From Xanthobacteraceae bacterium (GTDB lineage: Bacteria; Pseudomonadota; Alphaproteobacteria; Rhizobiales; Xanthobacteraceae): a stretch of DNA of 43,852 nt. Positions 15,681-22,488 of this stretch are shown here, one piece after another. The translations under genes and the position numbers were made by a program. The notes under the pieces were generated by a model. The model worked only from the letters and a program-made list of their open reading frames with translations. It was not told the DNA's origin and ran no database searches. The first letter of the stretch is position 1. Every line of letters begins with the position of its first letter. The stretch lies in assembly GCA_035690995.1 (NCBI GenBank), contig DASSJW010000587.1:1-43852 (forward strand), read 5' to 3'.

Positions 15681-16106
15681 TCAACCAGTTCCGACCAGGC
15701 TCTGAGCTTCAGCGATGACCTCGCGCGTCCTCTTGCGAAGGCGCTCGCGCTCGACGTGAGTGATCACGCCATCGCTTCGAGCTTCACAGATCTCCGCAGT
15801 CAGGCCCGCGGTCTTCGCGGCGAAGCCGTCCCAATTCGCCTCCGCCTCCTCAGCGTCGACCAGGCGCTTGCCAGCGGGCTCGGTCAGCATGTTGATCGCG
15901 GCGGGCGGCAGGAATTTCGACAGCACCAACGCACCGTGCAGCGGCATTGCAGCGCCGTGCGCCCAATCGCGGAGCGTGCTCTCGGGAATGCCTGAAGCGA
16001 CGGCTAGGGCCGCGCGGCTCGTATGCAGGCCCGGGCCCACGAACATGGCGAACATCGTCTCCTGACGTGTCGCGACTTCCCGAGCGATCGACGGCTCAGC
16101 CGACAT
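15681..16106 (-). CDS. HTH regulator, CII/CP76-like
   Basis: 141 aa. SRAALAVASGIPESTLRDWAHG is HTH-like. It is the third gene of the leftward operon. Confidence 0.45.
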   Translation of the reverse strand: MSAEPSIAREVATRQETMFAMFVGPGLHTSRAALAVASGIPESTLRDWAHGAAMPLHGALVLSKFLPPAAINMLTEPAGKRLVDAEEAEANWDGFAAKTAGLTAEICEARSDGVITHVERERLRKRTREVIAEAQSLVGTG

Positions 16107-16296
16107 GATCCCGCGCCTCCTGATGGGTTACCGAGGCGGCATGAGAAGCCTGAACCTCTTTCGCCGAGCCGCGGCGCTTCATCGCGAAGCGCTCCTCGCC
16201 CAGCAGCTTGTCGATCTCGGCGACGCCCTCCGCCGTCACCGAGAGACCCGACGCGCTCACGCGGCCGGATACACGTTCGTAAAGCTCGATCGTCAT
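16096..16296 (-). CDS. hypothetical small early protein
   Basis: 66 aa, overlapping both neighbours. Confidence 0.45.
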   Translation of the reverse strand: MTIELYERVSGRVSASGLSVTAEGVAEIDKLLGEERFAMKRRGSAKEVQASHAASVTHQEARDHVG

Positions 16297-16517
16297 GCGG
16301 CAGCATCCTGAGGTTGCTCTTCAGGGCGCCAGTCCGACATGAACTGCACAACCTTTTCGGCCGTGCGCAGGGACAGCGAGCGCTTTCCGTCTCGGAGCTG
16401 GAACACCAGAGCAGCGTCGCCAATGGCGTCTCTGCCAAACTTGGATGGCGCCATGTCCGCCTTCACCAGGAAGGCCTCGATTTGCTCCAGGAGTTGCGCG
16501 TCGGTCACGATCTGCAT
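16293..16517 (-). CDS. Cro-like small DNA-binding protein
   Basis: 74 aa, the first gene of the leftward operon and divergent from the repressor. MAPSKFGRDAIGDAALVFQLRDGKRSLSLRT pattern. Confidence 0.5.
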   Translation of the reverse strand: MQIVTDAQLLEQIEAFLVKADMAPSKFGRDAIGDAALVFQLRDGKRSLSLRTAEKVVQFMSDWRPEEQPQDAAA

Positions 16518-16527
16518 TTCGCGCTTG

Positions 16528-16533
16528 TATAAT
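16528..16533 (+). promoter_or_regulatory. TATAAT -10 hexamer for the repressor gene
   Basis: Perfect TATAAT about 13 nt before GGAG (16546-16549) and the TTG at 16559. Overlaps the left operator arm. Confidence 0.4.
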
Positions 16534-16573
16534 AAATTTCCAACGGAGCAAGCCTAGATTGTTGGAAATTTAT
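16532..16573. promoter_or_regulatory. operator pair O1: ATAAATTTCCAAC-N16-GTTGGAAATTTAT
   Basis: Perfect 13-bp inverted repeat between the cro-like and repressor genes. Confidence 0.7.
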
Positions 16574-17026
16574 CAAATAGCCAGCGATCGCGGTGCGTGG
16601 GATATTTCTTACGTGCCGTCCAACCCAGGAAAGAAAGAGCAGGCAAAGGCCAGCGCGAAGGAGATCGCGCGTCGGCTACAGGTGCTCGAGAAGCCTCTCG
16701 CGATCGACAGCGAGCGCGAGTGGGTCCGTGTTGCGGGGGTCAGTTCATCCTTTTTCACTAACCTCCGCAACGGTTCAGACCCGAGCGTTAACAATCTCAG
16801 GCTGATCCTCGAAGCGGCCGGCTCAAGCTTGCCGGAGTTCTTTCGCGATGAGGCTCGCACGCCGCTGGTTCAGGTGCCGAGTAAACAAGCTTTAGAGCAG
16901 GCGATCTTCGAGGCGCTGGACGAGCTCCCAGCACGTCCAGGCCGGCGGGCCGAATATCTCGCCGAAGTCGTTCAACAGCTGCTTGCGCTTCCGCCAGGTC
17001 ATCGGGAAGAACAGCGCGCTGCATAG
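16559..17026 (+). CDS. XRE (Cro/CI)-type HTH repressor without peptidase domain
   Basis: HTH: EWVRVAGVSSSFFTNLRNGSDPSVNNLRLILEAAG. There is no in-frame ATG before the HTH, so a TTG start at 16559/16562 is inferred (GGAG 10 nt upstream). About 155 aa. Confidence 0.65.
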   Translation: MLEIYQIASDRGAWDISYVPSNPGKKEQAKASAKEIARRLQVLEKPLAIDSEREWVRVAGVSSSFFTNLRNGSDPSVNNLRLILEAAGSSLPEFFRDEARTPLVQVPSKQALEQAIFEALDELPARPGRRAEYLAEVVQQLLALPPGHREEQRAA

Positions 17027-17241
17027 CGGCGTCCCGTAGCAACCTCTCCTCCTCGCGCATCCACCAAACCGCCTTGGCCATTGCAACGGCACAGGATCGA
17101 AAACACCTCGAACATTGGGCCGGACAGGCCGGCTGCTGAAGTGGAAAGCGCAGCTGCGACTCGGAGCGTTGTTCCATCTTCGTTCTCATACACATCACCC
17201 CCTCTGTAGGAAATCGCCTATTTAGATAGGGTGAAGTTCCT

Positions 17242-17288
17242 GTTGGAAATTTATTATTTTCTGCGTTGACGTGTCATAAGTTTCCAAC
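17242..17288. promoter_or_regulatory. operator pair O2: GTTGGAAATTTAT-N21-ATAAGTTTCCAAC, with embedded TTGACG -35
   Basis: Same 13-mer as O1 (one mismatch in the right arm). TTGACG (17265-17270)-N18-GATATA reads into the rightward operon. Confidence 0.65.
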
Positions 17289-17304
17289 GATATAGCGGCT
17301 CATC

Positions 17305-17661
17305 ATGCAGTCGCCTCACCCCCTTTGGACCGACCGTCCAGATTGTAAGACGCTCCTAGAGAGCTGCCGTCGGAACCCGCCGCGGTTGAACCGGTACCGT
17401 CAGCACTTCGGCCAGTCGGTCGACAAGTGGGACCGCTTCTCCGGCCCTCGCGCGAAACGGCTCGAAGAGATCCGCGAGCGGCATCTCTGCCAACTGAGCG
17501 GCGCAGACTGGTCGGCTGCTGATCCCGACGCTGCAGCACTCCACCGCTACGTCGAACTGTCGCGTTCGCAGCCCAGCGTTGAGGACGCGATCGAGGCTGC
17601 GGCCGAGGGTCGCCGCATCCTCGCTCGTGACGTCGATGTTCCGTTGGGAGCAGCGGCATGA
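17305..17661 (+). CDS. hypothetical early protein
   Basis: 118 aa, the first ORF downstream of O2. Confidence 0.5.
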   Translation: MQSPHPLWTDRPDCKTLLESCRRNPPRLNRYRQHFGQSVDKWDRFSGPRAKRLEEIRERHLCQLSGADWSAADPDAAALHRYVELSRSQPSVEDAIEAAAEGRRILARDVDVPLGAAA

Positions 17662-17891
17662 GGCCGCCGAACGCCACCGAACTGCAGGCGAAGTGTGACG
17701 CCTTCATCGCACGCTATCCCGTTGGCCAGCGCGTCAGTGTTCGAAAGGATGGCGGCGACTGCTTCATCACGACCACCAGGTCAAAGGCCGAAGTGCTCTC
17801 GGGCCACTCGGCGGTCATTTGGCTCAGCGGTGTAGCTGGCTGCTACCTGCTCGATCGGGTCACTCCGATCGGGCCCGAGGCGGCGGCCTAA
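17658..17891 (+). CDS. hypothetical early protein
   Basis: 77 aa with an ATGA overlap and a GGGAG SD. Confidence 0.55.
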   Translation: MRPPNATELQAKCDAFIARYPVGQRVSVRKDGGDCFITTTRSKAEVLSGHSAVIWLSGVAGCYLLDRVTPIGPEAAA

Positions 17892-18103
17892 TGGACATGC
17901 TTCTCGCCTTAGCCGCGCTCGGAGGCATCACCGTCATTGGCACGTGGAAGGGCCTCACCGCCCTCTGCTGGGCGCTCTTCGTCGCCAGCGTCCTCTCCTG
18001 CCTCTTCAGCCTGATCGTCGGCGCCCTCGAAGCGGCCGCCTACTTCGGCGTCGCTGCGGCTGTCGCCGGCGTCCTCATCCTCATCGCGGAAGGCCTGCAA
18101 TGA
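17891..18103 (+). CDS. 70-aa two-TM membrane protein
   Basis: TAATG overlap. MDMLLALAALGGITVIGTW... followed by a second hydrophobic span. Confidence 0.5.
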   Translation: MDMLLALAALGGITVIGTWKGLTALCWALFVASVLSCLFSLIVGALEAAAYFGVAAAVAGVLILIAEGLQ

Positions 18104-18360
18104 CCGATCTACGCCAGGACCTGCTTCGCTCGATCGCGCAGCACGGCATCCCTCTGACACTCGTACAGCCAGAGCCGGAAGTCACCGTGGCCACGCTGGC
18201 CAGCGTTCGCTGCCGCTCTCTCGCACGCATCGTCGCCGAGCTCGTGAACGAGAACGAGCCGCTGCTCTGCGCGGAGGTCGACGGCGAAACCGTTGTTGTT
18301 CGCGAGCGCGGCACAGGCGCCGCGATGCGCTTTACCGTCCAGAACGGAGAGCGCGCATGA
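18100..18360 (+). CDS. hypothetical early protein
   Basis: 86 aa with an ATGA overlap and a GGAAGG SD. Confidence 0.5.
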   Translation: MTDLRQDLLRSIAQHGIPLTLVQPEPEVTVATLASVRCRSLARIVAELVNENEPLLCAEVDGETVVVRERGTGAAMRFTVQNGERA

Positions 18361-18530
18361 CGCAGCGCACCCAGGACCGCATCTGTCACGCGATCATCCT
18401 CGCATTCGCGATCGTCTCCACGTCTCTCGTGGTGACGTCTCCCGCCGCCTCGGACCGTCACGCATTCAGGTCAGGCACCAACCCCACGGCGATCGTCGAG
18501 GCCGATCGTCGCGCGGGGGATGCACGATGA
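18357..18530 (+). CDS. 57-aa micro-protein with one hydrophobic segment
   Basis: ATGA overlaps at both ends and a GGAGAG SD. MTQRTQDRICHAIILAFAIVSTSLVV... Confidence 0.45.
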   Translation: MTQRTQDRICHAIILAFAIVSTSLVVTSPAASDRHAFRSGTNPTAIVEADRRAGDAR

Positions 18531-18703
18531 CGAAGTTGGTAAACGGCCCGTTACAGCCGGGCGTGAAGGTCCGGGGAGTCGCGGGACCTCGGGAAGGGCA
18601 GCGTGGAACAGTTGTCCAGGCGGGCGTCAACTACTCGCTGATCCAATGGCCGCGCGGAAGCAGCACCTATGGTCACAGGTCGCTTGAGGTGCTCGGCTCA
18701 TGA
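18527..18703 (+). CDS. 58-aa micro-protein
   Basis: ATGA overlaps and a GGGGGA SD. MTKLVNGPLQPGVKVRGVAGPREGQRGTVV (KOW/SH3-like feel). Confidence 0.45.
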   Translation: MTKLVNGPLQPGVKVRGVAGPREGQRGTVVQAGVNYSLIQWPRGSSTYGHRSLEVLGS

Positions 18704-18816
18704 GCAAGTGGGACCGCGCATTGGAACTGGCTGCCCTCGGCTCGCTCCTCTTCGGCGGGATGGGCATGATCATTGCCGAGATACTCATCCTTGCGGGAGC
18801 GATCGATGTCGGATGA
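18700..18816 (+). CDS. 38-aa hydrophobic peptide
   Basis: ATGA overlap and a GAGGTG SD. MSKWDRALELAALGSLLFGGMGMIIAEILILAGAIDVG. Confidence 0.35.
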   Translation: MSKWDRALELAALGSLLFGGMGMIIAEILILAGAIDVG

Positions 18817-19096
18817 ACCTCTCCATCCGATCAGCCGAGACATGGCACTCGCGGCGGCTCACCAGGCACAGGAAGCTGCGGCAGAACTCATTCGGTTCGT
18901 TCGAGAGGGCCCCCATTATCGATGCCCGCCGTTCGGCGACGATGTCCAGGTTGTTGAGAAGCTCGCCGACGCGCTGAAACTCGCGCTTGAAGTCGAGAAC
19001 GCCGAAGTCGGCCGGCATGACGCCGCCGACGATGCAGAGATGCGCAACCAGCTGCTCGGAGCCGTCTCCCGGTTCCTTGAGGGATGGGCGGAATGA
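18806..19096 (+). CDS. hypothetical early protein
   Basis: 96 aa. GGGAG SD 6 nt before ATG 18806. Confidence 0.5.
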   Translation: MSDEPLHPISRDMALAAAHQAQEAAAELIRFVREGPHYRCPPFGDDVQVVEKLADALKLALEVENAEVGRHDAADDAEMRNQLLGAVSRFLEGWAE

Positions 19097-20121
19097 ACCA
19101 CAATCCGACGCTCACTCTAATCGACCAGCCAGGCGTCCATGACATCAGCTGCGACGATTATCACGCGGACCCGTGTCCGGCGCCGTCGCTGTCATCCTCG
19201 ATCGCTAAGCTGCTGATCGAACGATCTCCATGGCATGCGAAGTTCAACCATCCGCGGCTGAACCCGGACTATGAGCCCAGCGAGAGCGATAAGTTCGACC
19301 TCGGCTCCGCTTTCCACACGCTGTTCCTAGGCAAGGGCAGCGACATCGAGATCATCGAAGCCAGCGACTGGCGCACGAAGGATGCGAAGGAAGCGCGCGA
19401 AGCTGCTCGCAAGGCGGGCCTGACGCCGCTGCTCCGTCACCAATACGTCCAGGCGCAGGCAATGGTCGACGCCGTCCGCCGCCAGGTCGATCATCACGAG
19501 GAAGCCGCCCGCGCCTTCGAAAATGGCGCTCCGGAGCGGACGATCATCTGGCGCGAGGATAATGGCGTATGGTGTCGGGCCCGGCTCGACTGGATGCCTC
19601 ACTTCGGCGTCGCCTACCCGGATCTGAAGTCGACCGGCGCTGCGGCCAATCCCGCGAACTGGGGCCGCAAGGTCATGTTCGACACCGGCTGCGACATCCA
19701 GGATGCATTCTACCGGCGCGGGCTGAAGAAGCTCGAGCTCGCGGACGAGCATGCCTACCTGCTGTTCGTCGTTGCCGAGACGGAAGAGCCCCACGCCATG
19801 GCGACGCATCGCCTGACGCCGGCAGCCGCAGCGATGGCCGACCGCAAGGTCGAGCACGCAATCAATCTTTTCGGCCTCTGCTCGGACCGGAATTGGTGGC
19901 CGGGATACCGGCGCGAAACGGCATGGCACGACCCGCCGCCCTGGCACGAACAGCGCTGGATCGAACGCGAGGACAGCGGCGACTGCGAGGCCGCCCTGGC
20001 CGAGCTCGCAGCCTTCAAGCCAAAGCCGCGCACGATCGAGGACAAGCAGGCGTTCGAGGACGCCGATCAGCGGGACGCTTTCGGCCTCCTGCCCGTGCCG
20101 CCTGAAGAGAGGATCGTATGA
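19084..20121 (+). CDS. PD-(D/E)XK exonuclease (RecE / exonuclease VIII-like)
   Basis: 345 aa (alternative ATGA-coupled start at 19093). RARLDWMP...AYPDLKST and QDAFY motifs of the PDDEXK_1 type. Sits next to the Sak4-like gene. Confidence 0.65.
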   Translation: MGGMNHNPTLTLIDQPGVHDISCDDYHADPCPAPSLSSSIAKLLIERSPWHAKFNHPRLNPDYEPSESDKFDLGSAFHTLFLGKGSDIEIIEASDWRTKDAKEAREAARKAGLTPLLRHQYVQAQAMVDAVRRQVDHHEEAARAFENGAPERTIIWREDNGVWCRARLDWMPHFGVAYPDLKSTGAAANPANWGRKVMFDTGCDIQDAFYRRGLKKLELADEHAYLLFVVAETEEPHAMATHRLTPAAAAMADRKVEHAINLFGLCSDRNWWPGYRRETAWHDPPPWHEQRWIEREDSGDCEAALAELAAFKPKPRTIEDKQAFEDADQRDAFGLLPVPPEERIV

Positions 20122-20417
20122 GCGAGCCGCGCACCCATTTGATCTGGTCGAAGTCACACGCCGCCTGGCACAAGCGTGACAAAAGCGACGGCGAGGCTCG
20201 CGGCTACACCACGAAGATCCTCGAGGCGGGCATCTTCGAGACGAGCACGGCCATGGGCTACGCGGTCAATGCGTCAGTCAACAAGGCCGTGCCAATCCTC
20301 GAAGCTCGCCGCCTGGTCGACGCCGAGGTCATCCAGAAGCGCGGAGAGTGGCGCGCGGCTGAGGCGAAGCAAGCGGAGTTCAACCGGCTCTGTGAAGCGG
20401 CGGGAGCAACGGCATGA
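20118..20417 (+). CDS. hypothetical protein
   Basis: 99 aa with ATGA overlaps on both sides. Confidence 0.5.
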   Translation: MSEPRTHLIWSKSHAAWHKRDKSDGEARGYTTKILEAGIFETSTAMGYAVNASVNKAVPILEARRLVDAEVIQKRGEWRAAEAKQAEFNRLCEAAGATA

Positions 20418-21430
20418 GCTTCCAGTTCCGCCCCGCCCGCCGCGAAGGCGTTCCGCTGCTCATCGGCCTCGCTGGCGCCAGCGGATCCGGGAAGACCTTC
20501 TCCGCGCTCGAACTCGCTTCAGGCATAGCCGAGGTCGAAGGCGGGAAGATCGCGTTCATCGACACTGAGAACCGCCGCGGCCTGCATTACGCCGATCGCT
20601 TCGAGTTCATGCACGCCGAGCTAGATCCGCCATTCCGGCCGGAGCGATACGGTGAGGCCATCCGCGCAGCTGAAGCTGCTGGCGCGGCCGTTGTCGTCGT
20701 CGACAGCTTCAGCCACGAATACGAGGGCGAAGGCGGGATCCTCGACTGGGCCAACCAGGAAGAGGCAGATGGCAAGAAGCCACCATCGCAGTGGATCAAG
20801 CCGAAGAGCGCGCACAAGGGCCTCGTGAACCTGATGCTGCGCGCCAAGCCGCACATCATCGTCTGCCTCCGCGCCGAGGAGAAGATGCAACTCCTGAAGA
20901 AGCCCAAGCTCGATCGCGACGGCAATCAGGAGATGTGGAAGGGCAAGCCAGCCTTCATCACGGAAGTGATCGCGGCCGGTGATCGTCCGCTCAACGAGCG
21001 CTGGCAGCCAATCTGCGAGAAGCGCTTCCCGTACGAGATCACGACCTCGCTGTTGCTCCTGCCAGGCCAGCCAGGCGTGCCGATCCCGCTGAAGCTTCAA
21101 GAGCAGCATAAGCCCGCATTTGGCGAGGGGCCCATCACGCGTGAGAGCGGCCGGTTCCTCGCCTCCTGGGCGAAAGGCGGCACGCCGCCGGCGCCAGCGA
21201 ATGCTAGCACGAGTGAATCCCCGCCACGGCAACGCCAGACCGCCGAGGAATGGACTAGGCAGTACGTTCAGGACGTCGAAGCCTGCCAGGACATCGATGC
21301 GCTGATGAAGCTGCAGGCGAAGTCAGGGAACGCACTGGCGAGGCTGAGAACCGAGAAGCCTGACCTCCACAAGGAAGCCGTCGACGCGGGCACGAAGCGC
21401 GCGATGGAACTGCAGGGAGCGACCGCATGA
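20414..21430 (+). CDS. Sak4-like RecA-core ATPase (AAA_24-type)
   Basis: 338 aa. Walker A GASGSGKT and Walker B VVVVDSFSHEYEG. Forms a recombination module with the exonuclease. Confidence 0.7.
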   Translation: MSFQFRPARREGVPLLIGLAGASGSGKTFSALELASGIAEVEGGKIAFIDTENRRGLHYADRFEFMHAELDPPFRPERYGEAIRAAEAAGAAVVVVDSFSHEYEGEGGILDWANQEEADGKKPPSQWIKPKSAHKGLVNLMLRAKPHIIVCLRAEEKMQLLKKPKLDRDGNQEMWKGKPAFITEVIAAGDRPLNERWQPICEKRFPYEITTSLLLLPGQPGVPIPLKLQEQHKPAFGEGPITRESGRFLASWAKGGTPPAPANASTSESPPRQRQTAEEWTRQYVQDVEACQDIDALMKLQAKSGNALARLRTEKPDLHKEAVDAGTKRAMELQGATA

Positions 21431-21651
21431 GCGTGGCCGATCTCATGGAGGAAGCGGCTCGCGTCGCCGATGAAGAGCTCACGTCGATCGAGATCCGGGC
21501 CTTCCGCAACGCCTATCCGCTCAGCGGCGCATCAGGCGATTGGCTTGTCCAGGACGTCGAGCTTCCCGCCACCTTGGCTCACTGGCCAACGGGCCGGCTG
21601 ACCGAGCTCGGCTTGGCTGTCAGGAAGCACCTGGTTGAGGCGTCATCGTGA
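21427..21651 (+). CDS. hypothetical protein
   Basis: 74 aa with an ATGA overlap. Confidence 0.45.
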   Translation: MSVADLMEEAARVADEELTSIEIRAFRNAYPLSGASGDWLVQDVELPATLAHWPTGRLTELGLAVRKHLVEASS

Positions 21652-21773
21652 TCCGCAAGGCGCTCACCTTCGCCAAACGCCTTGGCCTCTTCTACCTGAT
21701 CTTCGGTAGCGGGTTCGTCATCGGCAATGTCTACCAGGCGACGCTGCTCGTCAGCTGGAAGTTCATCTCGTGA
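21648..21773 (+). CDS. 41-aa hydrophobic peptide (GTG start)
   Basis: GTGA overlaps at both ends. VIRKALTFAKRLGLFYLIFGSGFVIGNVYQATLLVSWKFIS. Confidence 0.3.
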   Translation: MIRKALTFAKRLGLFYLIFGSGFVIGNVYQATLLVSWKFIS

Positions 21774-22063
21774 TCGCTCGCGGTGAAGTTCCAGTCGGCG
21801 CACCCGTCGACAAGAAGGGCGCTGCAACGGCCGACCTGTCCGTCATGGTCGGGATTGCCGGCCGGCAGAGCTACAAGCAGCACGTCTACGCCGACGGAGA
21901 GCGCTTTCCGCTCGTGAAAGACACCGAGTGCCTGATCCAACTCGTCGGGAACGGCGAGGTCGCGATCGGCGGCGTCTCCTACAAACTGCTGGCGAGCGAA
22001 AACCATTACGCTCGCATCGAGAATGGTAAGATCGTTAGCATCCAGGGGAAAGGCCGTGCCTGA
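21770..22063 (+). CDS. hypothetical protein
   Basis: 97 aa with a GTG start coupled to the upstream ORF. Confidence 0.45.
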   Translation: MIARGEVPVGAPVDKKGAATADLSVMVGIAGRQSYKQHVYADGERFPLVKDTECLIQLVGNGEVAIGGVSYKLLASENHYARIENGKIVSIQGKGRA

Positions 22064-22325
22064 CCTCTTCGGTGCTCCGGACGCTGAAGAGCGGCGCCAG
22101 CACGCTCGCGTGAGCCAGGCGGGCTTCACGTACGAGGACAAACGGGCAGCCGCGCAGCGCGAGGTCGACTTCCGCCGGCGCGTCTACCCGCGCTGGGTGG
22201 CGCAGCGGAAGCTCAGTCAGGGCGAGGCGGACCGCCAGATCGACATCATGGCTGACATCGCTCGCGATTACGCGAAGTGCGTCGAGCTCGAACAACGACC
22301 ACTTGAAGTGATGAAGAGGGGGTAA
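22023..22325 (+). CDS. hypothetical protein (start uncertain, GTG 22056 plausible)
   Basis: 100-aa ORF. GGGGAAAGG lies just before GTG 22056. Confidence 0.45.
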   Translation: MVRSLASRGKAVPDLFGAPDAEERRQHARVSQAGFTYEDKRAAAQREVDFRRRVYPRWVAQRKLSQGEADRQIDIMADIARDYAKCVELEQRPLEVMKRG

Positions 22326-22329
22326 AACG

Positions 22330-22488
22330 ATGGCAGCGAAGCTTCGCGCTGTGCCGGCGAGCGCCGCGCCCACGGTCGACATCTATGCGGCTGACAGGAA
22401 GCGCATCGAGGAACGGGATTGGGCGGCGGTTCATATCGCCGGTGACCGTGCGAAGGCGCTGCCCAGCTGGTTCGGAAAGCGTCGATGA
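22330..22488 (+). CDS. 52-aa micro-protein
   Basis: GAGGGGG SD. Stop overlaps the ATG of the ATPase gene (ATGA). MAAKLRAVPASAAPTVDIYAADRKRIEERDW... Confidence 0.45.
   Translation: MAAKLRAVPASAAPTVDIYAADRKRIEERDWAAVHIAGDRAKALPSWFGKRR

Noticed and set aside
16797-17198. 133-aa minus-strand ORF overlapping the repressor gene
   Set aside because: It overlaps 230 nt of the XRE repressor on the opposite strand. By hand count its third-position GC is lower than that of the repressor frame. Only its first ~170 nt is kept as an open question.
19327-20157. 276-aa minus-strand ORF
   Set aside because: It is antisense to the PD-(D/E)XK exonuclease gene and is a shadow frame.
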